DNA of 64,000 nucleotides from Candidatus Methanomethylophilaceae archaeon (GCA_944320495.1 CALUHR010000009.1:1-64000); one strand, 5' to 3'. Shown: positions 1-10,290, numbered from the stretch's first letter. Numbers and translations: made by a program. The notes: generated by a model not told the origin, from the letters alone.

Positions 1-179
1 ACAAGACGGTCCTGATCGTGGCCCACAGGATGCGCACCATCGAGGATGCGGACAAGGTCGTGGTGCTGAACAACGGAACCGTCGAGGAGCAGGGCTCTCC
101 TGAGGATCTAAGGATGGCGGGAGGGACCTTCGACAGGATGGTGCATCTACAGAGGATGTCCGAGGATTGGAGCATCTGA
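1..179 (+). CDS. 3' end of ABC transporter ATP-binding/permease half-transporter (partial)
   Basis: Frame from nt 3 reads KTVLIVAHRMRTIEDADKVVVL...WSI-TGA (H-loop). It is closely similar to the C-terminus of 54096..55844. Confidence 0.85.
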   Translation, partial: KTVLIVAHRMRTIEDADKVVVLNNGTVEEQGSPEDLRMAGGTFDRMVHLQRMSEDWSI

Positions 180-254
180 AACGGAAACACAAATCACGGG
201 TGGCCCCGGGCCATCCGTGGAAACCATTTCCCGGGGCCGATCAGTCCCTGTATT

Positions 255-297
255 ATAGAATATAAAGAATAAAGGGGCCCGGGGCCCCGTTCGGGTT
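255..297 (-). terminator. Putative terminator of ferredoxin gene
   Basis: The minus strand reads GGGGCCCCGGGCCCC then TTTATTCTTTATATTC directly after the stop. Confidence 0.5.
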
Positions 298-462
298 TCA
301 GGCGGAGATGCAGCTGGAGGGGCACTCGTCGATGCAGGCTCCACAGTTGCTGCACTTGGAGGTGTCGATGATCGCGACGTCCTCGCAGGTGATGGCGTTC
401 TCGGGGCAGACATCCACGCATGCACCGCATGCGACACATTCGGAAGCGTTGATTGTTGTCAT
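298..462 (-). CDS. 2[4Fe-4S] ferredoxin, 54 aa (not in ORF track)
   Basis: MTTINASECVACGACVDVCPENAITCEDVAIIDTSKCSNCGACIDECPSSCISA has two CxxCxxCxxxCP motifs. A GC hairpin and T-rich tract follow. Confidence 0.95.
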   Translation of the reverse strand: MTTINASECVACGACVDVCPENAITCEDVAIIDTSKCSNCGACIDECPSSCISA

Positions 463-522
463 TTGAATTACCTCTGATATCCTGATTTTTCTGAAGGGTA
501 TTTGAATGTACCGATTTTTGAG

Positions 523-661
523 TTAGGAATGTCTGAAAATCGACAGCAAATGTTAGTTCATCCTAACCCATTCATCAAACATCCCGGAAACATCTGGCTA
601 CCCCTTGTTTAGATTGCTATGATGCAATCGTATCAGGTTCTCCAAAATCAGGCAACCCTAA
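523..661. promoter_or_regulatory. Three TTAG-N6-CTAA-like boxes (DtxR/IdeR-type) upstream of ferredoxin
   Basis: TTAGgaatgtCTGA (523-536), TTAGttcatcCTAA (553-566) and TCAGgcaaccCTAA (648-661) lie in an AT-rich intergenic region. Confidence 0.4.
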
Positions 662-706
662 TTTCAGTAGGTTTAGGGACACCGATATTCTGGCGGCGCC
701 CCACCG

Positions 707-2119
707 TCATTCGACCTGCGAGGACACCAAATCCTCCACGATGTCCAGGAACTGCTCCTTCTTGTCAGGCGGGATCGTCGCACCGGCCGCCACAGTATGC
801 CCTCCCCCGTAGCCCCCGACCAGCTCCGCCGCAGTCTTCATAACGCTCGACAGGTCGAGGCCACGGTCGACCAGACGTCTGTCGGCTCTGGCAGAGACCT
901 TGGTCCCGTCATCGGAGTCCGCGAACGCGATTATCGGGATGTTGCGGGCGCATTCACCGGAGCTGAGGACCATCCCTGCGACGATCCCCACAACGGTCTC
1001 CTTTATCTCGGAGCCGGCGTCGAACCACTGGATGAAGCGCCTCTCCCTGAGCAGATGGTTGTCCTTGATGTACGACATCGCCGATGAGATGTGCCTGCGG
1101 TGCTCCGCACGGTTCCTCTCGGCATCCTTGAGAGCCGACATGTCCCCGCGGCATATCCTCAGCCCGGTCTCGGCATCCTCGTACCTGCCACACGAGTTCA
1201 GGACCGTGGCGAACTCCTTGGCATCCCTCAGGCCCGTCCCGCGGGGCATGTTGGGGAACGAGTACATCTCGCCGAAGGCCCTCGACTCCTGTTCCGGACC
1301 GACAAGCTCGAGGATGCGCTCGGTGGCGCGCTCCCTCTCCTCGGAAGAGAGGTCGTTCCATACCCTCCACCTACCGCCGTCCTTGCCCCTGATCCCCATA
1401 GAATCCAGGAACTGGAGGCATCCGGACGCGTTATCACTGAGCCCCGGGATCTGCGGATCGCTGCTGAACTGGAGATACTGGTTGATCGGACGGGTCTCCC
1501 TGCCGAAGAACCTCAGGTCGTGATCGACGACCAGGTCCCCGTTGGCGCTCGCATCGTCGACGATGACCCTATTGAGACTCACAAGACCGGAATGCCCGGA
1601 ATCCTGGAAATCGCCGACCGCGCCGACGACCGCCAGGTACGCCAGGTCCACGTTCGACGGGTCCACCGCCTTCGACAGGAGATACGTCATCCCGGCTCCG
1701 CAGACCTCGTATGATCCGTCCATGCCGTAGACGTGCGGATTGAGGTGGGTGATCCCGGTGAAGCTGTCGAGGACGGTCTGCTTCCTCCTCCACCTCGGAT
1801 CCGGGACATGATGGTCGGTGACTATGATGCCGTCCCTGGTGAATTCGGAGAGGTATCCGCTGCCGAGGTCACATATCCAGACCAGGCTCTGCTCAGACGA
1901 GTTGATCGCCTCGACGGTCTCCTCCGATATCTTCTTCTCGAACCGGACCTCGTGCGTCTTGCCGAGCCTCTCGGCGGTGATGTCCGCCACCGCGCCCGCC
2001 GATATACCGTCGGCATCGATGTGAGAGATGATCAGGATGTCCTGCGCGTCCCTGAGCTGCGACGCCGCCGCATCGAGGTCCCTCTGCATCCTGCGTAGAT
2101 CACCAGCGGAAGCCGGCAT
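707..2119 (-). CDS. recJ: RecJ-like DHH/DHHA1 phosphoesterase (ssDNA exonuclease)
   Basis: Motifs SHIDADG, ICDLGS, TDHH and the C-terminal DHHA1 GGGHTVAAG. Confidence 0.85.
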   Translation of the reverse strand: MPASAGDLRRMQRDLDAAASQLRDAQDILIISHIDADGISAGAVADITAERLGKTHEVRFEKKISEETVEAINSSEQSLVWICDLGSGYLSEFTRDGIIVTDHHVPDPRWRRKQTVLDSFTGITHLNPHVYGMDGSYEVCGAGMTYLLSKAVDPSNVDLAYLAVVGAVGDFQDSGHSGLVSLNRVIVDDASANGDLVVDHDLRFFGRETRPINQYLQFSSDPQIPGLSDNASGCLQFLDSMGIRGKDGGRWRVWNDLSSEERERATERILELVGPEQESRAFGEMYSFPNMPRGTGLRDAKEFATVLNSCGRYEDAETGLRICRGDMSALKDAERNRAEHRRHISSAMSYIKDNHLLRERRFIQWFDAGSEIKETVVGIVAGMVLSSGECARNIPIIAFADSDDGTKVSARADRRLVDRGLDLSSVMKTAAELVGGYGGGHTVAAGATIPPDKKEQFLDIVEDLVSSQVE

Positions 2120-2861
2120 GCTCCCTCACCAGCCTTTCGTAGATCGTGTCGGCTATCCTCTCCAGGTTCACGGTATCGGCACGGTTGTACTCGGTCAGGA
2201 TCTCGAGCGCGTCGCGATCCCCGTGCCTCTCCCACATCTTCCAGAGACGCACGGCATCGGCACCGTCTACGCCCTCGATGTCCTCGGACCTTGTTATCCC
2301 CATCTCGATCTCCAGGGGCTTCAGCCCTCCGCGGTAGCCGACCTTCCTGGATGCGAAGCGCAGGTCGAACTGCGGTATGTCCCAGTCAACCTCCGGGAAG
2401 CTGTTCCTGAGGACCGGCACGTCGAAGCAACTGCCGTTGAACGTAACAAGGATCGAGACACCGTCCAGCGCCTGTGCCAGAGCGTCCGGGGTCAGGTCTA
2501 TGCCCTCCGTCAGGGTGACCGTGTCGGCAGGACGGTGTACTGTGACGACGGTCACCAGGGAGTCCCTGGACAGCCCGTCGGTCTCGATATCCAGATACGC
2601 GGCGGAGTCCCTGAAGTGACGGTACATCCTCCACACCTCCCCCTTCGGCATCATGTCCGCCAGCGAACGGGAGTCCCCGTCATCGAGGAGTTCCGATGCC
2701 TGGGTCAGCAGGATGTCGCCCCTCTCCTTGACCTCTGGCCTCATCGTGTGCACCGAATCGGCCGATAGGAATTCATCCCAGGTGCGGACACCGTCCTCCC
2801 ATATCGCCTTCTCCTTCTTGGCGCCGACGGACGGCAGAATCTGGAAAGTGTGTGTTATCAT
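2100..2861 (-). CDS. RNase H-like (YprB/RNase_H_2) exonuclease-domain protein
   Basis: YLDIETDGL, TFNGSCFDVP, LKPLE and YNRADT motifs. Start taken at MITHTF; the ORF track extends to 2972. Confidence 0.8.
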   Translation of the reverse strand: MITHTFQILPSVGAKKEKAIWEDGVRTWDEFLSADSVHTMRPEVKERGDILLTQASELLDDGDSRSLADMMPKGEVWRMYRHFRDSAAYLDIETDGLSRDSLVTVVTVHRPADTVTLTEGIDLTPDALAQALDGVSILVTFNGSCFDVPVLRNSFPEVDWDIPQFDLRFASRKVGYRGGLKPLEIEMGITRSEDIEGVDGADAVRLWKMWERHGDRDALEILTEYNRADTVNLERIADTIYERLVREHAGFRW

Positions 2862-3051
2862 GGACGGCGGGTGTAGTCCGCCGCCGTGGTTAAGGTTATC
2901 GGACCCTGGTGGACCCAACCCGAATATGGGTTGATGGGGATCCAAGTGCCAGTCCTCCGAGTGCGCAATCATCCAACTTCCGCAAGGGTAGTTTATGTCC
3001 GACGGGGTAGCTCGGAACCGCTTTTAACCTCCGCTCGGATAGTTGAGAGAC

Positions 3052-3156
3052 ATGAGATGCACCTACTGCGGACACGAAATCCCCGCGCTCTACCCGTTCT
3101 CGATGTGCCCCACATGCGGACAGCCTGTGGACAGGCCAGCGGGCTCGGGCAACTGA
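3052..3156 (+). CDS. Small zinc-ribbon protein, 34 aa (not in ORF track)
   Basis: MRCTYCGHEIPALYPFSMCPTCGQPVDRPAGSGN has CxxCG and CPxCG knuckles. TTTTAA lies about 25 nt upstream. Confidence 0.6.
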   Translation: MRCTYCGHEIPALYPFSMCPTCGQPVDRPAGSGN

Positions 3157-3231
3157 GCAAAACTCCCGGCCCCGCCGCTTGCAATGGAGCCGGGAAAAGC
3201 ATCTTTTTATGACCATCCATTCACGAGAGAC

Positions 3232-3954
3232 ATGAGGTACAAAGAGATCCTCCCGGGCGTCCGCATCACGAGCGACAGATGCCTGGTGCTCAAAGAAGGG
3301 CCGACCGTGGTCCTCGGGGACCTTCATCTCGGATACGAGCGCGCCCTCGAGCAGGAGGGGATGTACATACCCAGGATAAACACGGACTCGATCCGCGACG
3401 CCCTCAACGACATCCTCTGCCGCTACGAGCCTGAGAGGGTGGTCCTGCTAGGGGACGTGAAACACGACTTCAAGCGTGCCGGGTTCGAGGAGAAGCGCGA
3501 GGTCAGGAGGATCATCGGACTGCTCTCCGAGGCCGCCGAGACGGTCGTCATCAAGGGGAACCACGACAACTACATCCAGAACATCATCTCCGACCTGGGG
3601 ATCCTGGCTGTGGACAACATCGATATCATGGGATACAGGCTGGAGCACGGACATGTGGACTCGGGCGTGAGGCCTGTGATAATCGGGCACGAGCACCCGT
3701 CCGTCAGGATCCCTGGGTCTGTCGGGGGCGGCATGAAGATCCAGTGCTTCGTCCATGCCAGGAAGGACGGGGTCATCGTCCTGCCGCCGTTCAGCCCGTT
3801 CTCGTCCGGGAACGACCTGGTGCTCGACAAGGAGTGCGTGATGGCCCCGGCCCTGAAGAGCTCCGACTTCGCCTCCGCCGAGATATACGGCGTCACCGAC
3901 ATGGGACTGATGGATCTGGGCACCCTCAGGGACCTGTCGGAGGTCACCCTCTGA
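3232..3954 (+). CDS. Metallophosphoesterase (calcineurin-like, ICC/COG1407-type)
   Basis: GDLHLG, LGDVKH, KGNHD and GHEHP motifs. Confidence 0.85.
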   Translation: MRYKEILPGVRITSDRCLVLKEGPTVVLGDLHLGYERALEQEGMYIPRINTDSIRDALNDILCRYEPERVVLLGDVKHDFKRAGFEEKREVRRIIGLLSEAAETVVIKGNHDNYIQNIISDLGILAVDNIDIMGYRLEHGHVDSGVRPVIIGHEHPSVRIPGSVGGGMKIQCFVHARKDGVIVLPPFSPFSSGNDLVLDKECVMAPALKSSDFASAEIYGVTDMGLMDLGTLRDLSEVTL

Positions 3955-4071
3955 ACGGAGCTTAATAGCCGTCTGGATTCCTATAAACGCGCGCGTAATA
4001 AAGAACGATGGAGCCAAGGTAGGTCCATTAAAATATGAGAAAGGCATTTGCTCAATCAAGGAGAAATCAAA

Positions 4072-5109
4072 ATGACAATGACTCCTAGAGACAGAGTACT
4101 CGCTGCTATGAAACAGGAATCCCTGGACAGGCCCGCTGTCGCCATCTTCACCCAGTCCGCCACCCTCGGACAGATGGAGAAGACCGGTGCCGCCTGGCCC
4201 GAGGCCCACAAGAACGCCGAGATCATGGCCAAACTCGGTGCCGCCCAGGCCGATGTCTTCGGATACGAGTGCGTCAGGGCTCCCTTCTGCCTGACCGCTG
4301 AGTCCGAGAGGCTCGGCGCCAAGGTCCAGGTTGACAAGAAGGACGCCTCCCCCATGATCAAGGGACACCCCTTCAAATTCGACCCCATGTCCGGAGAGTA
4401 CGACGACCCCTCCGTCATGATGTCCCCCGAGGAGTTCATCCAGGGCGGCAGGCCCGCCGAGGCCATCAAGGCCATGGAGATCCTCGCCAAGTCCCACGGA
4501 GAGAACTACGCTGTCGTTGCCGGAAACACCGGACCCTTCACCCTCACCGGAAACCTCGTCAACACCGAGAACATGATCTTCGGAATGATGATGGCTCCTG
4601 AGGAGGTCGACAAGTGGGTCGACGCCGTCAACCCCATCGTCACCGCCTACACCAACGCCCTCATGGACGCTGGTGCCGACGTCGTTCAGTGCTCCGAGCC
4701 CTCCGGATCCACCGACATGCTCGCTCCCGACATGTTCGAGGAGGCCACCGGACGCCACATCAGGGTCTGCCTGAAGCCCAGGGCCGACAAGTACACCGTC
4801 CTCCACATCTGCGGAGACACCTACCCCATCCTCGACCAGATGGATGCCACCGGAGTTTCCGGACTGTCCATCGAGGAGAAGGTCGAGCCCGAGAAGGCCG
4901 TTGAGAAGGTCGGACACAAGACCGCCCTCGTCGGAAACGTCGGATCCGTCAGGCCCCTGTTCCAGGGAACCCCTGAGGAGGTCGAGGCTGCCGCCAAGAG
5001 GTCTGCCGCCGCTGGATTCAACATCATCTCCTCCGGATGCGGAATCGCTGTCGCCACCCCTGACGCCAACATGGAAGCCATGGTCAGGGCCATCAAGAGC
5101 CTGGCATAA
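4072..5109 (+). CDS. mtaA: Methylcobamide:CoM methyltransferase (MtaA/MtbA, UroD fold)
   Basis: PFCLTAESERLGA, TGPFTL, EPSGS, LHICG, GNVGS and SSGCGI motifs. Codon bias is strong, as in a highly expressed gene. Confidence 0.85.
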   Translation: MTMTPRDRVLAAMKQESLDRPAVAIFTQSATLGQMEKTGAAWPEAHKNAEIMAKLGAAQADVFGYECVRAPFCLTAESERLGAKVQVDKKDASPMIKGHPFKFDPMSGEYDDPSVMMSPEEFIQGGRPAEAIKAMEILAKSHGENYAVVAGNTGPFTLTGNLVNTENMIFGMMMAPEEVDKWVDAVNPIVTAYTNALMDAGADVVQCSEPSGSTDMLAPDMFEEATGRHIRVCLKPRADKYTVLHICGDTYPILDQMDATGVSGLSIEEKVEPEKAVEKVGHKTALVGNVGSVRPLFQGTPEEVEAAAKRSAAAGFNIISSGCGIAVATPDANMEAMVRAIKSLA

Positions 5110-5134
5110 GCGCATAGCAGTAACCCAAACCCTT

Positions 5135-5162
5135 TCCCCCTTCGGGGGGGGATCTTCTTCTC
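5135..5162 (+). terminator. Hairpin terminator after mtaA
   Basis: TCCCCC-TTCG-GGGGGGGA followed by TCTTCTTCTC. Confidence 0.6.
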
Positions 5163-5481
5163 CCAAATCCTTGATGAATCTTCGGAACGGCAGGCTTCGC
5201 TGTTCCGATAGGATCGAATATGATGGTTGATGGTCAGAGCTCTGACTTCACCAGGTCAAGAGATCGTATACGTTCTTCTGTTCTCCGTCAGGATCATGCT
5301 TATCCTCAGATGCTCACCATAATAGTCTGAAGATTCACCAACGGGATCAATCTCAGCATGAGCAACATAGGCATCACCGTAGAGACATCCATCTGCGGGA
5401 TGCTGCTTGTCGCCGATCAGACGGACCCTGCCAGCACATCACCTGCTGAATCATCGAGAGAAATGGGATCCATTCGGGGAT

Positions 5482-5528
5482 GAGAAAAGATGATGCCGGC
5501 ATCCCTGCGTGATTCCGGGGATGCCGGC
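5482..5528 (-). terminator. Hairpin terminator after argF
   Basis: 11-bp stem GCCGGCATCCC...GGGATGCCGGC, followed on the minus strand by ATCATCTTTTCTC. Confidence 0.6.
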
Positions 5529-5554
5529 CCGACCGTACGGTCGGATCAAGGGTT

Positions 5555-6475
5555 TCAGTCCTTCATGAGGGTGTACAGGACGGCCTTCTGGGCGTGGAGC
5601 CTGTTCTCGGCCTGATCGAAGACGACGCTGTGCGGTCCCTCGATGACCTCGTTGGTGATCTCCTGTCCCCTGTGGGCGGGGAGGCAGTGCATTACGATGC
5701 AGGTGGGCTTCGCGATGGAGATCAGGTCATCGTTGATCTGGTAGTCGTGGAAGAGCTTGATGGCATCGGCCTCGGGGGTGCTGTCCCCCATGGAGATCCA
5801 GGTGTCGGTGTAGAGGACGTCGGCGTCCTTGCAGGCCTCCTTCGGCTCATGGGAGGCGATGATCTTGGACCCGTTCTTCTCCGCGATCTGGGACGCCTTC
5901 AGCATGATCTCGGCGTTGGGCATGCGGACAGCGGGGCAGCAGGCGACCATGTCCATGCCCATGATGGCGCAGGCGTAGAGCAGAGAGTTGCACACGTTGT
6001 TGCCGTCCCCGAGGTACACCAGCTTCTTCCCGCGGAATCCTCCGAGCTTCTCCTTGATGGTGACCATGTCCGCGAGGGCCTGGCAGGGATGCTCGAGGTT
6101 GTCGAGTCCGCTGATGACCGGAACGGTCGCCCACTCGCCGAACTTGTCCATCATCTTGTAGTCGAAGGCGCGGTACATGATGCCGTGGACGAACCTACTC
6201 ATGACACGGGCGGTGTCCTCGACGGTCTCGCTGTGGACGCCCATCTGCATCTTGGACTCGTCGATGTAGAGCGCGTGGCCGCCGAGCTCGGTGATGGCCA
6301 CGTCGAACGAGATCCTGGTGCGGGTGCTGGGCTTCTCGAAGATCATCGCGAGGGTCTTACCCTTGAGCGGGTCGCCGTGGTGTCCGCGCTCGGCCTTGAG
6401 CTTGATCGCAAGGTCGACAAGATCCGGCCACTCGGCCTCCATGTCTGAAACGGAGATGAGATCTCTCTTTGCCAT
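5555..6475 (-). CDS. argF: Ornithine carbamoyltransferase
   Basis: FEKPSTRTR, HPCQALAD, GDGNNV, YTDTWISMG and HCLPA motifs. Confidence 0.95.
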   Translation of the reverse strand: MAKRDLISVSDMEAEWPDLVDLAIKLKAERGHHGDPLKGKTLAMIFEKPSTRTRISFDVAITELGGHALYIDESKMQMGVHSETVEDTARVMSRFVHGIMYRAFDYKMMDKFGEWATVPVISGLDNLEHPCQALADMVTIKEKLGGFRGKKLVYLGDGNNVCNSLLYACAIMGMDMVACCPAVRMPNAEIMLKASQIAEKNGSKIIASHEPKEACKDADVLYTDTWISMGDSTPEADAIKLFHDYQINDDLISIAKPTCIVMHCLPAHRGQEITNEVIEGPHSVVFDQAENRLHAQKAVLYTLMKD

Positions 6476-6544
6476 GCCAGGGTGAAGTGGCGGGGGTTCA
6501 TATACTGTGTGAATGGGGGACGGGGTTCGGGGAGTCCCCGCGCA

Positions 6545-7645
6545 TCATCTCTTGACGATGATGCAGACAATGTCCTCGTCCGCCACGATGTGCTCCATAC
6601 CGACGGTCTGGCCGGGGAACTTGGCGCTCTTCCCCCAGATCATCGCGTAACGGAAGTTGTTCTTGAAGTCGCGGTGGATGAGCTCGCAGACGTCACCGAC
6701 GGTGTTCCCCCTCTTGACGATGAGCGGGATGTCCAGGTCCGCCTCCTGACCCTGCGGTTTGAGGAAGATGCGGATCATGTCGATCGTGTCGTAGAGGCCC
6801 TGCTGGAGGTCCTTGATCCCGTATCCGGTCGCGGCGGAGATGGGGATGCAGCGGTAGTCCTTGTGGAGGTCCAGCGCCGCCTCGAGCTCGCCCGGCTTCG
6901 CGAGGTCCACCTTGTTGATGGCCATGATGGCCTTGATGTACACACGGTTCCCTGCGAGGACGTCGAGCATCTGCTCCACGTCGATGTCCTCGCGGACGAC
7001 GACGGTGGCGTTGACATGGCCGTAGGCGGCGGTCATGTCCTTGATCGTATCGACGTCGATCTTGGTGAGCTTCAGCGTCGGCTTCACGAGGATTCCGCCG
7101 TGGTCCGAACCGGTGATGACGACGTCCGGCTTCTTCTGGTTGAGGCGTATGCCGGCGTTGTACAGCTCCCTGAACAGTACGTCCATCTTAGGGTTGAAGA
7201 CGTCGCATACCAGCAGGATGACATCGGCGGATCTGGCGGCCGCGATGACCTCCCTTCCGCGTCCCTTGCCGCGGGACGCGTCCTTGATCAGACCGGGCAT
7301 GTCCAGGATCTGGATCTTGGCGTGGTTGTACTCCATGATCCCCGGGACGACATCGAGGGTGGTGAAGTGGTAGGCGCCGACCTCGGACTTCGCACCGGTG
7401 AGCTGGTTCAGGAGGGTGGATTTACCGACGGACGGGAATCCGACGAGGGCGACGGTGGCGTTTCCGGCCTTCTTGACGTAGAATCCCTTGGTGGGGCCCT
7501 TGGACGAACGGCGCTTCTCCTCCTCCATCGTGAGCCTGGCGATCTTCGCCTTCAGCTTCCCGATGTGTCCCTCGGTGGCCTTGTTGTACTTGGTCTTGGA
7601 GATCTCGTTCTCCAGCTCCTTGATCTGATCCTCGATCGTTCCCAT
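6545..7645 (-). CDS. DRG/RBG1 family OBG-type GTPase with TGS domain
   Basis: GFPSVGKS, YHFTT, DMPGLI, NKVD and a C-terminal TGS domain. Confidence 0.95.
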   Translation of the reverse strand: MGTIEDQIKELENEISKTKYNKATEGHIGKLKAKIARLTMEEEKRRSSKGPTKGFYVKKAGNATVALVGFPSVGKSTLLNQLTGAKSEVGAYHFTTLDVVPGIMEYNHAKIQILDMPGLIKDASRGKGRGREVIAAARSADVILLVCDVFNPKMDVLFRELYNAGIRLNQKKPDVVITGSDHGGILVKPTLKLTKIDVDTIKDMTAAYGHVNATVVVREDIDVEQMLDVLAGNRVYIKAIMAINKVDLAKPGELEAALDLHKDYRCIPISAATGYGIKDLQQGLYDTIDMIRIFLKPQGQEADLDIPLIVKRGNTVGDVCELIHRDFKNNFRYAMIWGKSAKFPGQTVGMEHIVADEDIVCIIVKR

Positions 7646-7669
7646 GACCCCTCACCGTCTGCTGCCGAT

Positions 7670-8602
7670 TCACTGGCCGAAGTACTTGGAGACGTAGTCG
7701 GCCGAGTCCTTCTCCAGGGTGTTCCAGAACACTTCTGACGGATCGAATCCCTGGTCGTCGATCCTGGAGATGAGCTCCGCGGCGACCTCTCCGAGGTCCC
7801 AGTCGGCCTTGTTGCGTTCGACGGCCTGCTCGATCGCGTCGTCGTCCATCTCCATCATGACCGCGGTAGCCGCGTCGTAGAGGCAGGAGGCGGCATCGAA
7901 GATGTAGTCGATGTCGTCGGCGACCTCCGAATCGGGATCCATCTCCCTGAGGGTCTCGGAGAGCATCTCGCTCATGTCCATGAGCCTCTTGGCCGCCATG
8001 ACCTGGTCCATGATGTCGGGGTCGATCTCCATGAGGTCCCTGACGAGCCTGAAAGCCGTGGTCATGAGGCCGTAGGCGGAGTCCTCCCCGGCGACGACGG
8101 TGTCTGGGGACGCCAGGCTGTCAACGATGGTCAGGATGAGCTCGGGGGTGCTCAGGGGTTCCTCGTCCTCGAGGCCCTCGAACTGCAGGATGTCGGCCAG
8201 GGGCACGACCCCTCCCTTGTAGGGCTCTCCGGCAGTGGAGCTCTCGAGCATGCCGCTGATGAGTCTGACTATGGCGGCGCGGCGGATGTCGTCGCGGGTC
8301 GCCACGTCCCTGTCCCTCAGGTCCTCGGAGAGCATGTCGGCCGCATCGGCGTATTCACCGGCGGAGATCTTGTCGAGGGTCCCCTCGACCTCCTCGTACC
8401 AGGGCTCCTTCGTGAAATCGAGCTCCTTCGCCATGTCCACCATCATATGGACCGTCTCACCGAACATGTCGGGCAGATCGAAGGACTCGTCCTTCGAGGT
8501 GTCGAGGGCGGTTCCGCAGTACATGCAGAAGCCCCTGCCGTCGATCTCGTCGAGGAGGGTCTCGCGCTGGCAACCGGGACATGTAACGACTACGAAGCTC
8601 AT
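7670..8602 (-). CDS. Hypothetical acidic helical protein with N-terminal zinc ribbon
   Basis: CPGC...CMYCG at the N-terminus; codon usage matches the core genes. Confidence 0.75.
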   Translation of the reverse strand: MSFVVVTCPGCQRETLLDEIDGRGFCMYCGTALDTSKDESFDLPDMFGETVHMMVDMAKELDFTKEPWYEEVEGTLDKISAGEYADAADMLSEDLRDRDVATRDDIRRAAIVRLISGMLESSTAGEPYKGGVVPLADILQFEGLEDEEPLSTPELILTIVDSLASPDTVVAGEDSAYGLMTTAFRLVRDLMEIDPDIMDQVMAAKRLMDMSEMLSETLREMDPDSEVADDIDYIFDAASCLYDAATAVMMEMDDDAIEQAVERNKADWDLGEVAAELISRIDDQGFDPSEVFWNTLEKDSADYVSKYFGQ

Positions 8603-8796
8603 TGGGTCCCCCTAATCTGGTGCTCATATAAAGGTGATGTCGGACCGCCGCGTGTTCCGTTCTGTGATTCCAGCGAAGTACGGACCCGCCGCCCCCCGCT
8701 GAGCTCACAGATCAACAAGGGGATTCGGGCGCGACGGACGTGAAATCGGAAGCCATTCCAGCAAACAATAAAATAGACCGCATGATGGCTTGTGCG

Positions 8797-10290
8797 ATGA
8801 CAGATAACGTCGGGGGCAAGAAATCCCTCGTGGCGGGGTTCCGCGACGATTTCAAGGCCCTCTCACCCAAGCAGCTCCTGGCGATAGTGGCGGCGATCGC
8901 ACTCGCCCTGCTGCTCGAATACATGGGACTGACCAGCCAGTGCCTGGGAGTCCTGATAATTGCCGTCGTCCTCTACATGATACCCCACTTCCTGAAGGTC
9001 ATCTCCGTCAGGGTGAAGGTCGTCATAGGGGTGGTTTTCATACTGCTGTCGCTTCTCGTCGGCACATACGCCAGCGGAAGCTTGGACGATGTGAACACGG
9101 AGATCCGCGACACCGACACGGTGGCCGGGATCCAGCTCGAGTACGACGAGGCCGAGGGCGCGTACGTCCTCAGCTACGAGATCAACCCGAACGGGACGCT
9201 GTCCTTCACCGGCAGCAGCATCGGCCCGGACGTCGATGCCGCCGCGGACCTCTGGGTTCCAGCCAGCGGATCGCTCACCGCCCAGATCAAGGTGACCGGT
9301 CTCGATCCAGGCGACACGTTCGCCGTCTCCGCCGTGGATGCCAACGGCGATGCCGTGACCCTCTCCGGGGTCTCGGTCTCGCAGTCCTACGACGCCGGGA
9401 CGGGCGATGAGCCGTCCACGACCACAGTCACTCTGACGGTCGAGGACGTCGCCGTCCTGCTCCAGGACGAGAAGGAGGGCATCTACTACAACCTGGTCCT
9501 CGGAACCGAGGACGGACACGGGCTCTCCCTGGAACCCGTCGAGGATTCGAACCTGAGGGTCGCCGTCCTCCAGCAGGAGAGCAACATGATCGCCTTCCAC
9601 TCCTTCCACTCTACGAAGGACGTCGATTCCCAGGAGTTCAAGTCCTCCGACCTGACGCTCGGCGCGGATGGATGGTACAGCGGCAAGGCTGTCCTCGAGG
9701 GCGTCTCCGCGGGGACCATCGGGGCCATAGCGGTTCAGATGGGCGAGGGCGACAGGGCGTTCGCCGGATACTCGTTCATCTACGACACCGGCATGACGTC
9801 CGGCGACTTCACGAAGGCCTGCTTCTACGGAGGGGCCTACATGACCTTCGAGATCGCTCTCCTATTCTTCATCATCCTGGCGTTCTCCGCCCTGATGAGG
9901 CGCAGCGCCATGAAGACCCGCGAGAAGATGGAGGCCGAGGGAAGGCTGTATCCCCAGGGATACGGACGCTGCAAGTCCTGCGGCGCCATGGTCCTGCCCG
10001 GGGAGGTCGTCTGCAGGAAGTGTGGCGCCTACATCGATGTGCCGGAGGAGATGAGGAAGCACAAGAACGACTACGTGGTCTGCTCCGAGTGCGGTGCGGA
10101 GGTGCCGGCAGATGCGGCGGTATGTCCGAAGTGCGGCGCGAGGTTCGATGAGAAGGAGGAGGTCGAGGTGTCCCATGCCGACGGCACCGTGGATGTGACC
10201 ACCGAGACCGTCCCCTGCCCCCACTGCGGCGAGCAGATCCCTGCTAACGCAGACTGGTGCCCCAAGTGCGGCAAGAAGGTCAAGGACTGA
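8797..10290 (+). CDS. Membrane protein with extracellular beta domain and C-terminal multiple zinc ribbons
   Basis: N-terminal TM helices, a large acidic loop, one TM helix, then six CxxCG knuckles. The start is uncertain (8740, 8782 or 8797). Confidence 0.8.
   Translation: MTDNVGGKKSLVAGFRDDFKALSPKQLLAIVAAIALALLLEYMGLTSQCLGVLIIAVVLYMIPHFLKVISVRVKVVIGVVFILLSLLVGTYASGSLDDVNTEIRDTDTVAGIQLEYDEAEGAYVLSYEINPNGTLSFTGSSIGPDVDAAADLWVPASGSLTAQIKVTGLDPGDTFAVSAVDANGDAVTLSGVSVSQSYDAGTGDEPSTTTVTLTVEDVAVLLQDEKEGIYYNLVLGTEDGHGLSLEPVEDSNLRVAVLQQESNMIAFHSFHSTKDVDSQEFKSSDLTLGADGWYSGKAVLEGVSAGTIGAIAVQMGEGDRAFAGYSFIYDTGMTSGDFTKACFYGGAYMTFEIALLFFIILAFSALMRRSAMKTREKMEAEGRLYPQGYGRCKSCGAMVLPGEVVCRKCGAYIDVPEEMRKHKNDYVVCSECGAEVPADAAVCPKCGARFDEKEEVEVSHADGTVDVTTETVPCPHCGEQIPANADWCPKCGKKVKD

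Noticed and set aside
2862-3050. Possible ncRNA (hairpin CAACCC-GAATAT-GGGTTG)
   Set aside because: No SRP, RNase P or clear C/D-box motifs; it is consistent with a divergent promoter region.
3448-5166. 572-aa ORF antisense to mtaA, and many similar long antisense ORFs (5594, 6482, 11952, 13695, 15584, 41847 and others)
   Set aside because: They are shadow frames caused by high GC3 in real genes on the other strand and carry no motifs.
5170-5480. Short ORF-like fragments between mtaA and argF terminators
   Set aside because: No intact frame or recognisable family; at most a decayed remnant.
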